A stretch of DNA of 64,000 nucleotides from Nitrospirota bacterium (GCA_963818475.1 CAWFSF010000002.1:224001-288000); one strand, 5' to 3'. Shown: positions 45,937 to 58,525, counted from the first letter of the stretch. The notes: generated by a model from the sequence alone, not told the origin. A program made the numbers and translations.

Positions 45937-46842
45937 TTGTCCGAAAAAGTGCAAATAGGCGGCCAGGCGGTTCTCGAAGGCGTCATGATGCGCTCTCCCC
46001 ATGCCTATACCGTTGCGGTGCGCAAGGGGGGAAAGCCTGATGCCGAGATCGCCATCTTTCGCCAGACCATCCGGCCCATCGGAGAGCGCTTTCCTTTCCT
46101 GAAGACCAGGATCGTCCGGGGATCGGCTGCGCTCTTTGAGGCCATGTGGCTCGGCATCCGGGCGCTGAACTTTTCGGCGAACGAAGCGCTCGAAAGCGAA
46201 GACGGAAAAAAAGAGGAGATCGGTCCGCTTGCCATGGCCGGCACCATGATCGTGGCGCTCGCCTTTTCTCTCGGACTGTTCCTGGCGCTCCCGCTCCTGC
46301 TCACCAGCCTGCTCGGTGCCCAGTATGCCGCGGTCAACCGGCACAGCATCCTGTTCAACCTCACTGACGGCGCGTTCCGCGTGGTCCTGTTCCTGGGATA
46401 TGTATCCGGCATTTCCTATATGAAGGACATCCGCCGGGTCTTCGAGTATCACGGCGCCGAACACAAGGCCATCGCGACCTTCGAGGCCGGGGTGGAGCTC
46501 ACGGTAGAGAACGCCAGGCCCTACTCCCGCATTCACCCGCGCTGCGGCACCAGCTTTTTGCTGACCGTGGTTGTGATCTCCATTCTCCTGTTCTCGCTCG
46601 TCCCCGGTTCCTGGCCGTTCTGGGCAAAAGCAGCTTCCCGGGTCGTGCTGCTTCCCGTGATCGCCGGCCTGGGATACGAGTTCATAAAATACAGCGCCAA
46701 ACACTGCGGCAACCCGCTGATCCGGAAACTGATGCAGCCGGGCCTCTGGCTGCAGCGCCTCACGACGCGGGAACCGTCGGATGACCAGATAGAAGTGGCC
46801 ATCACGGCGATGCGTGAAGCCCTCGCCATGGAACCCCGCTAA
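45937..46842 (+). CDS. DUF1385 membrane protein
   Basis: IGGQAVLEGVMM, YHGAEHK, HPRCGTSF, LQRLTTREP. Confidence 0.9.
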   Translation: MSEKVQIGGQAVLEGVMMRSPHAYTVAVRKGGKPDAEIAIFRQTIRPIGERFPFLKTRIVRGSAALFEAMWLGIRALNFSANEALESEDGKKEEIGPLAMAGTMIVALAFSLGLFLALPLLLTSLLGAQYAAVNRHSILFNLTDGAFRVVLFLGYVSGISYMKDIRRVFEYHGAEHKAIATFEAGVELTVENARPYSRIHPRCGTSFLLTVVVISILLFSLVPGSWPFWAKAASRVVLLPVIAGLGYEFIKYSAKHCGNPLIRKLMQPGLWLQRLTTREPSDDQIEVAITAMREALAMEPR

Positions 46843-46855
46843 AGCGGGGTTTTTT
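46832..46855 (+). terminator. Intrinsic terminator-like hairpin
   Basis: aaccccgct-aa-agcggggtt followed by T run. Confidence 0.55.
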
Positions 46856-46872
46856 GTTGGAACAAAAACACC

Positions 46873-46901
46873 GTAGGGGCGGGTTTTAAACCCGCCCCTA
46901 C
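46873..46901. repeat. GTAG-type REP palindrome (degenerate copy at 33390-33417)
   Basis: gtaggggcgggttt-t-aaacccgcccctac, perfect 14-1-14. Confidence 0.75.
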
Positions 46902-46915
46902 AATTGGTTTTTATT

Positions 46916-47985
46916 ATGCTAAGAAAACTTGAAGCCGTTGCAGAAAAATACGACGAGCTGACCAGGCTCCTGTCCGACCCGGGCGTTGCTGCCAACCACC
47001 AGCAGTACCAGAAGTACTCCCGGGAACGGTCGGATATTGAAGATGTGGTAAACCACTACCGCGCCTACAAGAGACCTGGAAAAACAGATCAGCGAAGCCG
47101 GCGAGATCACCAACGACAAGCAGTCTGACCCCGAACTGCGCACAATGGCCGAAGCAGAGCTCAAGGAGCTTTCGCCTAAAATCGCGCAGATGGAGCAGGA
47201 GCTGCGGCTCATGCTGGTGCCCAAGGACCCGCGCGACGACCGGAACGTCTTTCTCGAGATCCGTGCAGGCGCAGGCGGGCGACGAGGCCGGCCTCTTTGC
47301 TGCGGAGCTTTTCCGCATGTACTCCCGCTATGCTGAAAAGAAGCGATGGAAGCTGACCCTGCTCGATATGAGCACCACCGGCGTGGGCGGAGCCAAGGAA
47401 GTGATCGCCCAGATCCAGGGCAAGGGCGTGTTCAGCAGGCTCAAATACGAAAGCGGCGTGCACCGGGTGCAGCGCGTGCCGGCAACGGAATCCGCCGGCA
47501 GGATCCATACGTCGACGGTGACGGTGGCGGTACTGCCCGAGGTGGACGATGTTGAAGTGAATATCGAACAAAAGGACCTGCGCATCGACACCTACTGCTC
47601 TTCAGGCCCCGGCGGCCAGTGCGTGAACACCACCTACTCTGCGGTCCGCATCACGCACATCCCGACCAACGAGGTCGTCGCGGTCCAGGACGAGCGCTCG
47701 CAGCTCAAGAACCGCGAAAAGGCCATGAAGATCCTGAAGTCCCGTCTGCTCGAAAAAGAACGGGCGCGGCAGGATGCCGAAACCGCCCAGGACCGCAAGT
47801 CCCAGGTCGGGTCCGGCGAACGCAGCGAAAAGATCAGAACGTACAATTTTCCGCAGAGCCGCGTGACCGATCACCGCATCGGGTTGTCGCTTTACCGGCT
47901 CGATGCAGTCATGGACGGCGATCTCGACGAGTTCATCGACGGCCTTACCTCGGCAACGAATGCCGAGCGGCTGAAAAACCTGTAG
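46916..47985 (+). CDS. prfA: Peptide chain release factor 1 (frameshifts near 47070 and 47275)
   Basis: [14 protein letters not shown] (PxT motif of RF1), [20 protein letters not shown]. Confidence 0.96.
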
Positions 47986-47989
47986 AACC

Positions 47990-48070
47990 ATTGCGGATTT
48001 CGGATTACGGATTTCGGATTAGCCGCCTATGATCTCACAATCCGCAATCCGAAATCCGCAATCTGCAATT
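47990..48070. repeat. Inverted 7-nt periodic repeat between prfA and prmC
   Basis: attgcgg-atttcgg-attacgg-atttcgg ... aatccgc-aatccga-aatccgc-aatctgc. Confidence 0.75.
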
Positions 48071-48075
48071 AAACC

Positions 48076-48937
48076 GTGACCATTACTGAAACCATAAACA
48101 GGGCGGCCACGCGGCTGTCGGCGCACAAGGTAGACAACGCGCGCAGGGATGCAGAGGTTGCTTCTCTGCCATGTCCTGGTCCGCGACCGTGCCTGGCTCC
48201 TGGCGCACATACAGGACGAAATCGACGACCAGTCGGTCCGGCAGTATGAACGGATTATTGACCGTCGCGCCGTACGCGAGCCACTCCAGTACATCACCGG
48301 CAGACAGGAATTCTGGGGACTGCCCTTTAAGGTCACTCCTGACGTGCTGATCCCGCGGCCCGAGACCGAGTTCGTCGTCGAAGCAGCGCTCAAAGCCGTC
48401 AGCATGGCCCTGACGCCGGTCATCATCGACCTCTGCACCGGTTCCGGCTGCATTGCTGTCAGCCTGGCAACGGAGCTCCTGAACGCGCAGGTGTTCGCAA
48501 CCGACCGATCGGAGCAGGCTCTTGCAATTGCCCGAGAGAACGCCCGTATGAACCAGGCAGCGGAACGCATCAGATTCCTTGCAGGAGACCTGTTCGCGCC
48601 GGTGGGGGAATTGGACCTTCACGAAAAGGTCGATGTGATCGCCGCGAACCCGCCCTATATACCGGCCGGCGACCTTGCCGGACTTCAGCCCGAGGTCAGG
48701 GATTTCGAACCGGAGATGGCGCTTATAGCCGGGCCCGAGGGTACCGAGACCGGTACAGCGATCATACTGCAGGCGCCGGCATTCCTGAAAAAGGGCGGCA
48801 CGCTCATCATGGAAATGGGCATGGGCCAGACAGCCGCGCTCAGCGCCATCGTTAAAAAGACCGGCAAATACAGGACGCTGGAGATCGTCAAGGACCTGGC
48901 AGGCATAGAGAGGGTCCTGGTAGCAAGAAAGGCATAA
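48076..48937 (+). CDS. prmC: Release factor glutamine methyltransferase (frameshift near 48150)
   Basis: EPLQYITG, VLIPRPETE, DLCTGSGCIA, NPPY. Confidence 0.95.
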
Positions 48938-48976
48938 CAGTAAGCAGGATTCTGACCACTGGCTACTGCATTCATC

Positions 48977-50225
<1,249 letters not shown>

Positions 50226-50234
50226 AATATCTAT

Positions 50235-50320
50235 TACGGAGCACGGATGACACGGCGGAAAGCAACGGATTGAAGATTTTGATCCGCATTTCCTCCGTGT
50301 ACATCCGTGTCCTCCGTGAT
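50235..50320. repeat. Inverted 8/9-nt periodic repeat between murA and hisD
   Basis: acggagcacggatgacacgg ... tccgtgtacatccgtgtcctccgtg. Confidence 0.65.
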
Positions 50321-50342
50321 AGATTTTCGAAGGGTTTTTCTC

Positions 50343-51635
50343 ATGAAGATCTTCGATTCACAGCACCAGGACATCGCATCGGAACTCAAACGGATCATCA
50401 ACCGCGGCGAGACCGCGACCGACGAAGTTGCCGTCGTTGTAAAAGAGGTCGTGGAGCGCGTGCGCAAGGAAGGCGATCCGGCCCTGCTCGAATACACGGA
50501 GAAGTTCGACCGGGTGACACTCACGCTCAAGGACATCAAAGTAACGCCGCAAGAGATCAAGGACGCCTATAGCCATGTTGATCCGAAAAAGGTGGATGCC
50601 CTGAAGCTTGCTGCCGCGAACATCCGCTCCTTCCACGAGAAGCAAAAGATCAGCTCCTGGGTGAACCAGGAAGCTGACGGCGTTATCCTGGGCCAGCTCG
50701 CGCGCCCGATCCGGAGCGCAGGCGTTTATGTGCCCGGCGGCAAGGCCTGCTACCCGTCATCAGTGCTCATGAACGTGATCCCGGCCAAGGTCGCGGGCGT
50801 GGAACAGCTCATCATGTGCTCTCCCGTTCCGGGCGGAAATCTGAACCCCTACATCCTTGTCGCAGCCGACATCGCCGGTGTGAGCGAGATCTACAAGATC
50901 GGCGGCGCCCAGGCCATCGCGGCCATGGCCTACGGCACGGCCACGGTCCCGAAGGTCGACAAGATCGTGGGCCCGGGCAACATCTATGTGGCAACGGCAA
51001 AGCGGTACGTCTTCGGCCAGGTGGACATCGATATGATCGCCGGACCGAGCGAGATCCTGGTCATTGCCGACGACAGCGCAGACCCGGCCTTTGTGGCATC
51101 GGATCTGCTCTCGCAGGCCGAGCATGATGAGCTTGCCTCGTCGATCCTGATCACGACCTCCCGCGTTTTGGCGGAACAGGTTAACGCCGAGGTCGAACGC
51201 CAGCTCGCGAACCTCTCGAGAAAAGAGATCGCCCGCAAGGCCATCGACCGCTTCGGAGCGATCGTGCTGGTCAAGACTCTGCAGGAAGCGGCCGAAGCAT
51301 CGAACTCCATTGCACCGGAGCATCTCGAGCTTGCCGTGGAGAAGCCCTTTGACCTTCTGGCGCTGATCAAGAACGCGGGCGCCATTTTCCTCGGCCATTA
51401 CACGCCCGAGTCCGTGGGCGACTATATCGCGGGACCGAACCATGTGCTCCCCACGGGCGGCACTGCCCGTTTCTTCTCGCCTCTGTCCACGGACAGCTTC
51501 ATGAAGAAGTCGAGCCTGATCTTCTATACCAGGGAAGGCCTTGACAAGGTTGCCGAGGCCGTGATGCAGATCGCCGATGTCGAAGGTCTGGAAGCACACG
51601 GGAATACTATCCGGATCAGGATGGCGAAGAAGTAA
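50343..51635 (+). CDS. hisD: Histidinol dehydrogenase
   Basis: GVYVPGG, IGGAQAIAA, GPGNIYV, IDMIAGPSE, SQAEHD, APEHLE, GPNHVLPT. Confidence 0.97.
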   Translation: MKIFDSQHQDIASELKRIINRGETATDEVAVVVKEVVERVRKEGDPALLEYTEKFDRVTLTLKDIKVTPQEIKDAYSHVDPKKVDALKLAAANIRSFHEKQKISSWVNQEADGVILGQLARPIRSAGVYVPGGKACYPSSVLMNVIPAKVAGVEQLIMCSPVPGGNLNPYILVAADIAGVSEIYKIGGAQAIAAMAYGTATVPKVDKIVGPGNIYVATAKRYVFGQVDIDMIAGPSEILVIADDSADPAFVASDLLSQAEHDELASSILITTSRVLAEQVNAEVERQLANLSRKEIARKAIDRFGAIVLVKTLQEAAEASNSIAPEHLELAVEKPFDLLALIKNAGAIFLGHYTPESVGDYIAGPNHVLPTGGTARFFSPLSTDSFMKKSSLIFYTREGLDKVAEAVMQIADVEGLEAHGNTIRIRMAKK

Positions 51636-51644
51636 TAAAACATT

Positions 51645-51735
51645 GGAGCACAGAAGTCAGGAGTCAGGAGTCAGGAGAAGGCCTTGTTATCAGGCTTTTA
51701 TCCTGTGCATCCTGGCTACTGGCTCCTGACTCCTT
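51645..51735. repeat. Inverted 7-nt periodic repeat between hisD and hisG
   Basis: agtcagg-agtcagg-agtcagg ... cctggct-actggct-cctgact. Confidence 0.7.
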
Positions 51736-51755
51736 GAAATATACAAGGAGATCTC

Positions 51756-52678
51756 ATGCCTGCAAAAAAGAAGAAAGCCGCCACCGAAGACATCAGCACC
51801 CGCCACTCAGAAGCTCAAGCTCGGCCTGCCCAAGGGCAGCCTGCAGGAATCGACCTTCAAGCTCTTCGGCAAGGCAGGATACCGCGTACAGGTCAGCTCA
51901 CGGAGCTACTATCCGACCATCGACGACCAGAACATCGACTGCACCCTCGTCCGCGCCCAGGAAATGGCGCGCTATGTCGATATCGGGATCTTCGACGTGG
52001 GGCTCACGGGCAAGGACTGGATCCTCGAACAGAACGCCGACGTCGTCGAGGTTGCCGAACTCCGCTACGCAAAGGGCGGCTTGAACCCCGTACGCTGGGT
52101 CGTGGCCGTGCCGGAAGACTCGAAGATCAAGTCCGTCAAGGACCTGAAGGGCAAGCGCATCGCCACGGAGCTCGTGGGCTACACCAAGCGCTATCTCAAA
52201 TCCAAGGGCGTCACTGCAGACATCGAGTTCTCCTGGGGCGCCACCGAGGTAAAGCCTCCCCGCCTGGCCGACGCCATCGTGGAACTCACCGAGACCGGCA
52301 GTTCGCTCCGCGCGAACAATCTCCGCATCGTCGAGGTCATGCTTGAGTCCACCACCCGGCTGATCGCGAACAAGAAGGCCTGGAACGATCCCTGGAAGCG
52401 GAAGAAGATCGAGAGCATGGCCATGCTGCTCCAGGGTGCGCTCGCTGCCGAGGAAAAGGTCGGCCTGAAGATGAACGCGCCCAAGGCGAACCTGAAGGAG
52501 ATCTGCGGCCTCCTCCCCTCGATGCACGCGCCCACGATCTCGCACCAGACCGACCCCGAGTGGGTGAGCCTGGAGGTCATCCTCGACGAAAAAGCTGGCC
52601 CGCGACCTGATCCCCCGGCTTAAGCGCCGCGGCGCTTCGGGGATCGTTGAGTATCCCTTGAACAAGGTCATATCGTAA
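51756..52678 (+). CDS. hisG: ATP phosphoribosyltransferase, long form (frameshifts near 51810 and 52595)
   Basis: [39 protein letters not shown]-terminal [12 protein letters not shown]. Confidence 0.95.
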
Positions 52679-52690
52679 CTGCGATCGAAT

Positions 52691-52721
52691 AAAAAAAGGC
52701 GGCCACTTGGCCGCTTTTTTT
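52691..52721. terminator. Bidirectional intrinsic terminator
   Basis: A7-ggcggcc-actt-ggccgc-T7 between convergent genes. Confidence 0.8.
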
Positions 52722-52789
52722 ATTTCAAGAAAATCGAAAATTTATAAATAGTCCCGAATCAACGCAGAGTGGGGCGCAATAGCACAAAA

Positions 52790-53536
52790 TCAATAGAGCT
52801 TCCGGCAGGAAATCCCCGCCTTTTCAAAAGCCGCTCTCAACTCCTCGCCTTTCTCAGTAAAAAAATCTTCCGACCTGGCCTGCTGCATCCCGTGTTCCTT
52901 ATAGACCTGATCGGCATAGTGGTAATTATACCGGTCGATCAGTGCATGATCCACCTTGCCCTTCAGCATACCCGCCAACGCCTCAGCCCCGGGAAGCATC
53001 GGCGCGACCATGACAAAAGTCTGTATCCCCTCTGCATGAAGAATTCCCAATGCCTCGACCCGCTTCGCTATGGGCGGAGCACCCGGTTCGAATATCCTCC
53101 GCACTTTCTCATCGGCAGTAGTTATGGTGAAACCGACTTCTGCGTCCGCTGACCGTTTCAGGATCTCGAGGTCCCGCAGCACTAGCGGCGACTTTGTCTG
53201 GATCGTGACCGGCCATCCCTCTTCAACGAGAATTTCGAGACAGCGCCTGGTGAGCAGATACTTCTTTTCGAGCGGTTGATAGGCGTCACAGACCCCGCTC
53301 ATCCACACCCTCCCCTTCTGTTTTTTCTTCTTTAGCTCCCGAGCCAGAAGCTCAGGCGCACTGACCTTCACATCGACGAACGCTCCCCAGGGTTCCCGAT
53401 GCCCGGTAAACCGTTTCATGAACTTTGCATAACAATAGAGGCACTGATGCTGACACCCGACGTAGGCATTCAAGGCATAGTCGTAGACCAGCGACTTTGA
53501 TAAGATGGACTTTGCCTCGATCTCTTTGACGATCAT
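52790..53536 (-). CDS. SplB-like radical SAM protein
   Basis: NAYVGCQHQCLYCYA, DAYQPLE, IQTKS.LVLRD; TATAAT 5 nt upstream of ATG. Confidence 0.85.
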   Translation of the reverse strand: MIVKEIEAKSILSKSLVYDYALNAYVGCQHQCLYCYAKFMKRFTGHREPWGAFVDVKVSAPELLARELKKKKQKGRVWMSGVCDAYQPLEKKYLLTRRCLEILVEEGWPVTIQTKSPLVLRDLEILKRSADAEVGFTITTADEKVRRIFEPGAPPIAKRVEALGILHAEGIQTFVMVAPMLPGAEALAGMLKGKVDHALIDRYNYHYADQVYKEHGMQQARSEDFFTEKGEELRAAFEKAGISCRKLY

Positions 53537-53573
53537 AGGTCATTATACCGCGGCAGGCACGGTGGGGAAAAGG

Positions 53574-54761
53574 TCAATAAAGAGAAGAACCGGCAGGACC
53601 TGTCAAGGAATCAGGAGCAGGTCCTGTCTGCGGCGCAGCCGCCGGTTTAATGGCGCCGAAGAGGTTCGGTTCGCCATTGCGAAAACCTGCCGTGAAATAG
53701 AGCGTATCAGAGGGGCCTGCCAGACCGTCATTTCCAAACCCCAGTCCATGGAGCCCGGGAATAATGATCGGAGTTCCTCCCCGCGCTGGCAGGAACCCGG
53801 CAAAGAGACCGCTTTCCTCGTCAAAGGCCGCTATCCTGCCGCTGCCGGAATTTCCCACGAGCAGATGATTGCCGAATTCGCCGAACCTGTCGGGCGCCTG
53901 TGCAATGCCCCAGGGCGCGTTCATCCAGGGCCCCTGCTCAAGCCTCATGACGAGTTCACCCTCGGTATCGAACACATCGACATAACCCGCTCCCTCTCCT
54001 GAAGCGGCATGGCGCGGATCTACGGCCTGGGCTGCAAAGGTGACGTACAGGAGGTTATTGATGTTCTGAATGTTGAAGGGCGCAAATCCGTCAGGAATTC
54101 CAGGATCGGTAAAGGCATGAACGGGAAGAAGGAGCAGGCTGAAGTCCCCATCAAAAACGTCGATCCTGTTTTGACGGAAGTTTACTGCATAGAGCCTGTT
54201 TCCGTCCTCAGCCTGTGCGATGGCGATGCCGGTATAGGCTGCGTCCGCTGAGTTGTCCACGACCAGGACAGCGGAATCGCGGTAGACGTCGCTGTTCCAA
54301 CCCTCGATCGTTCCGTCCCGGGTAGCGACCAGAAATTCTGCCGGATGATCGGGAGCAAGCTCGAAGTCCTTCGTACCGTTATAAACGATGCCCACTGGTG
54401 CCGGGTAGTCGTAGCGGCGGCCGGGATTTTCAGGAATTGAAATGATCAGCGGCGACAATCCTGGAAAGGATACTCCGTCTCCGTTGTAAGGCGTTACGCG
54501 TCCCCTGCCCTCATCAGCTACCCGCCACGGACCGTCAGGCGACCTTGCCATGCCCTGGGGATTCAGAAGGCTCGTATCGAAATTCAGCGTCCAGATCGCG
54601 CTGTTCGAGATAAGATTTATCGCATCGTACGCTGCAGAGGTCGATTGAGCATCTGACCATTTTGGGCTGGCCGCGATGAGCATCGAAATAAAGAAAAGCA
54701 TCAAATGCCGTGCAGTTCGCGCAATCATAACCATAACTCCAGATCGCTTTCGATCGACCAT
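53574..54761 (-). CDS. TIGR03118-like secreted beta-propeller protein
   Basis: LLNPQG, P.GIVYNGT, ATRDGTI.GWN, FAPFNIQNI, GAGYVDVFD, MNAPWG, LLVGN.G.G.I, LYFTAG. Confidence 0.75.
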   Translation of the reverse strand: MVDRKRSGVMVMIARTARHLMLFFISMLIAASPKWSDAQSTSAAYDAINLISNSAIWTLNFDTSLLNPQGMARSPDGPWRVADEGRGRVTPYNGDGVSFPGLSPLIISIPENPGRRYDYPAPVGIVYNGTKDFELAPDHPAEFLVATRDGTIEGWNSDVYRDSAVLVVDNSADAAYTGIAIAQAEDGNRLYAVNFRQNRIDVFDGDFSLLLLPVHAFTDPGIPDGFAPFNIQNINNLLYVTFAAQAVDPRHAASGEGAGYVDVFDTEGELVMRLEQGPWMNAPWGIAQAPDRFGEFGNHLLVGNSGSGRIAAFDEESGLFAGFLPARGGTPIIIPGLHGLGFGNDGLAGPSDTLYFTAGFRNGEPNLFGAIKPAAAPQTGPAPDSLTGPAGSSLY

Positions 54762-54973
54762 ACTTAATCATACTTATATGATATCACCGAACTCCTATCA
54801 GGTGGTGCCGGATCAGAAATACTGGATAGCAGCAGACGGACAAGCCTTTTTAAGCTCTTTCGTAGGTCTTTAGGCATAGAAAATATGGCGAAAGACGTTT
54901 CCATTATTGATGAGACGACGTTATGGTAGTAAAATATAAGTAAGATAAATATTGGAACGTAAAGGAGCGTGTC

Positions 54974-56212
54974 ATGAAAAAATGGCTGGCCATAATGACG
55001 GCAGCCGGCTTGCTCCTGTATCCTTTCGCGGCCATTGCAGCAGACTACGGGTCGCAGCCCTCGCAAGAACAACAGGTCCCTCCTGTAGCCCAGACGCTGG
55101 TACGCGAAGGCGATTTCGCTATCAAGCTGGCGGCTGAACTCGATCTGGGCAAACCATCCGATGAAGCAACTGCAGAAGATATGCTGACGGCTGCGGGCGT
55201 GGTCCCCGCGAACGGATGGCTCTCGGACTACCCGATGACCCCCGAGATCATCGGCCAACTGAAAGATGCGGTATCCAAAGCAGCTGCAGAAGGCAAGCTG
55301 AAGATGAGCACTGATGAAGCGGTCAAGGGCCTTTATTACCTCACCGCGCAGATGAACCTTCCTACACCGGCCGGATCGGAAAGTCAGTCACAGGAGGGGA
55401 CTTCCGCGGCGCCTCCCGCGGTCGTGAACAACTACTACTACGATCAGGGACCTCCGGTCATAACCTATTACCCGCCGCCCTACGATTACTGGTATCTGTA
55501 CAACTGGGTGCCCTATCCGGTCTTCTGGTTCGGCTTCTGGTTCCCGGGATACTATATCTGCCATAATTTCACCACCGTGGTAGTGAGCCCGGTTTTCTTT
55601 GACCGGAGGGTGGTCACGAACCATGTGATAGACCCGGTGACCCGAAGAGTCGCGATCGTCGATCCCGTCGCGCGGACGAGCAACGGCGTCAGACCAACGA
55701 CCGTTCTTCGAACAGCCGACGGAAGGACATTCGGCAGCCTTTCCGAGATGAGAAGGTCGACGGGCAGCCTGGTTACGAAGCGTCCGGAATCACGGACCAT
55801 GACCAACAGCGCTTACCGGGGTGGAAGTTTTAGTACACGCGAGTCACAGCAAGGTGCTGAAAGCATCTACCGGAGAAGCATCGACCGGACCCATTCCGCA
55901 CCAGCGGGCAGGTTAAGTTCGCAGGATGGCCGGGTCGGATCATACAGCCCGGCAGGACGGAAGATGGGTGAAGGGCAGCGGTACACAGCGCCCGCTCCGT
56001 CGGGGAGATCGTACCACGGACCGACGACCCTGAGGGAACAACGGCAGGCAGCGCCTCGTATGCCGGAGCGATCATATAATAACTATAACTACGGCGGATC
56101 GTGGCAAGGTGGGGACAGATCGTATTCAGCCCCGCGAGTGCCGTCGAGGACCTTCACTGCTCCGGAGCTACGAGGCATGGGGCAGGAAAGAGGTGTAAGG
56201 CGCGGCTTCTAA
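54974..56212 (+). CDS. Secreted hypothetical protein with Tyr/Pro-rich segment and Arg/Ser-rich tail
   Basis: AAGGAG SD, signal peptide ending AIA, 412-aa ORF followed by terminator. Confidence 0.75.
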   Translation: MKKWLAIMTAAGLLLYPFAAIAADYGSQPSQEQQVPPVAQTLVREGDFAIKLAAELDLGKPSDEATAEDMLTAAGVVPANGWLSDYPMTPEIIGQLKDAVSKAAAEGKLKMSTDEAVKGLYYLTAQMNLPTPAGSESQSQEGTSAAPPAVVNNYYYDQGPPVITYYPPPYDYWYLYNWVPYPVFWFGFWFPGYYICHNFTTVVVSPVFFDRRVVTNHVIDPVTRRVAIVDPVARTSNGVRPTTVLRTADGRTFGSLSEMRRSTGSLVTKRPESRTMTNSAYRGGSFSTRESQQGAESIYRRSIDRTHSAPAGRLSSQDGRVGSYSPAGRKMGEGQRYTAPAPSGRSYHGPTTLREQRQAAPRMPERSYNNYNYGGSWQGGDRSYSAPRVPSRTFTAPELRGMGQERGVRRGF

Positions 56213-56267
56213 AGCACACACAGCAGGTCAGATGTTTGCGTGTTCTAACGAAAACAAATGAGAAGCT

Positions 56268-56295
56268 AAAGGCGGCTACTTGGCTGCCTTTTTTT
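56268..56295 (+). terminator. Intrinsic terminator
   Basis: ggcggct-actt-ggctgcc followed by T7. Confidence 0.7.
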
Positions 56296-56385
56296 ATCAC
56301 CGTCTGATATACAGTCCCCAAGTAATGAAATCAACCTGCTCCGGAAAAGCAACCGGCCTCGCTTGCGAACCCGCACAATATTAAG

Positions 56386-56421
56386 TTGCATTTCATATCA
56401 TTTATGTGATAATTTATTGCA
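56386..56421 (+). promoter_or_regulatory. Candidate promoter of the receptor/peptide operon
   Basis: TTGCAT-16 nt-GATAAT with TGn extension in an AT-rich patch. Confidence 0.4.
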
Positions 56422-56591
56422 TTTAATCGAGCTGGTCAGCTCCGTCTCGGCACCCATGAGAACATTTCCGGGATTTTTGCGCCCGTCATAATCTGAGCAT
56501 AGCTGATTCTCTCCATCTACACCTTTGCAGTAACCATCTGTCCGAACTGCTGTGATAAAGAAAAACCTTCGCAGGCCGTCTCAAAATAAAC

Positions 56592-58525
56592 TTGCCGCAC
56601 AAATTACCAGAACGGAGAAAATTCTTGAAAACATCTGTGAGGATCAGTATCAGTGCCGCCATTACCTTCTGCCTGACTCTATCCGGCGCGCCTGCGCTCG
56701 CGCAAACAGCCGAGGAAAAAAGTTTCCTCTCGTTGTATTTCAGCGAGGAAGAGCTCGTGGTCCAGTCCGCGACCAGGAGCCCGCAGGCGCTGTCGCGGGT
56801 CGCGGAGAACATGACCGTCGTGACCGCGGCAGAGATCGAGCGCATGAACGCGCATACGCTCGCGGATGTGCTGAACACGGTCCCGGGGGTGGAGGTGGCG
56901 ATGATCGCCGGGCCGGGGTCCGCGTCAAGTATCGGTATCCTTGGATCAACGCCTGCTCACGTAACTGTTATTCTCGATGGGGTGGTGATCAATGATCTTT
57001 GGGGACCGAGGGCGGAAATCGGCAATATCCCGGTGCAGAATATCGAGAAGATCGAGATCGTGAAGGGGCCGGCGTCATCAGCATGGGGTTCGGCGCTCGG
57101 CGGCGTGGTGAATGTCATTACCAAGACCGGCAGGGTAGTGGACCAGGGGGGCGTGCTGTCCGGCTCATACGGCAACGCTACATTCGGCGATTTTCGCGCT
57201 GAGGTGCGCGGCAAAGCAGGACAGGTTCGGCTATTACCTGAACGCTGGGCAGGCTCCAGTCCAGGGATTTTACACCCAGCATCGAGCTCTCGAACAATAC
57301 CAATGCCTACGCAAAGCTGTCCTACGACCTCACGGACAAGACGGACATCAGGTTTTCATTCGCATACATACAAAAGAAAGACGAAATCCCCTACCCCGAT
57401 GAAATCGACGTAAATCCAGGGCAAAATCTTCAATCGACCATTGCGCTTAACACCAGCCTGGCAAACAACATGGACCTGAATATTTCCGCATGGGCACTCA
57501 ACAATTATTTAAACTCCCGCTGGATTATCATCAGCACGGGAGAGTCTTCCGATCACAATGCCGCTCTCACAGGCCACGGCGCAAGCGTGCGGCTGACCTG
57601 GAAGACGGGACAGCAGACCATTGTGGTTGGGGGCGAGGCTGATGAAAAGGAAACTTCCGTTCCTCCTTTCGTGCTGAATGGGGTCATTCGGAAGCAGGCG
57701 ATCTATGTGAATGATACGATCGCTTTTGACAAGCTCACGGTGATCCCCGGGATCAGGTTCGAAGACACGAGCTCGACCGGTGGTTTTACCGCCCCGAGTC
57801 TCGGCATCACATACGCCCTGGGGAATGACACCATCTTCCGGACCTCTGTTGCACGCGGGTTTAACACCCCCGGAGCGGGCGCTTCCCTGGCGAGCGCTTC
57901 ATTTACCGATTCGGGTGGCACCACTACCTGGCTGCCGAACCCCGATTTGAAGATGGAGACTGTCTGGTCCTATCAGGCAGGCATCGAATCCGCGGCAAAG
58001 AAATACTTCTGGCTGAAGCTTTCGCTCTTCAGAAACGATATTAGAAACCTGGCGGTGGCGGTGACGCAAGAAACCGCACCCTTTACATTTACAACGCAGT
58101 ACGTTAACTTCGGCCGCAACCGTCAGGAGGGTGTGGTGCTGGAGACCAAAACCATGCCAATCTACCACACCTCTCTGCACGCGGCAGCCGAGGTCCTTAC
58201 GATAAAAGACTTGTATACCGGAGAAACCATCGCGGGCCAGCCGGTGCAGGTTTATGATGTCGGATTGAGCTACGATGACAAGGAGTCGTTCAATGCCGTG
58301 CTTCAGGGAAGACATATCAACTGGAACTTAAAAGATCCAAGCATTCAGACGCGCAAGACCATGATTGTGGACCTTACCGTGAACAAGAGGGTCCATCAGG
58401 TGAAGGCCACCAGTATTTCGATTTTTGCGAGCGGCCACAATCTGCTGAACACAAAGCAGATCTGGTCGACTTCCTGGCCGAACCCGGAACGCTGGTATGA
58501 GGCTGGGCTGAGGTATGATTTCTGA
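56592..58525 (+). CDS. TonB-dependent receptor (frameshifts near 57215-57300; start uncertain)
   Basis: Plug motifs VVQSATR, LADVLNTVPG, IEKIEIVKGPASSAWGSALGGVVNVITK; barrel motif NPDLKME; C-terminal YEAGLRYDF. Confidence 0.9.

Noticed and set aside
46916-47985. Programmed frameshift in a release factor
   Set aside because: The protein is RF1 (PAT motif), not RF2; there is no CTT-TGA site and the two shifts match the background error pattern.
56296-56591. Cobalamin riboswitch ahead of the TonB-dependent receptor
   Set aside because: No B12-box or other conserved cobalamin riboswitch motifs recognised.
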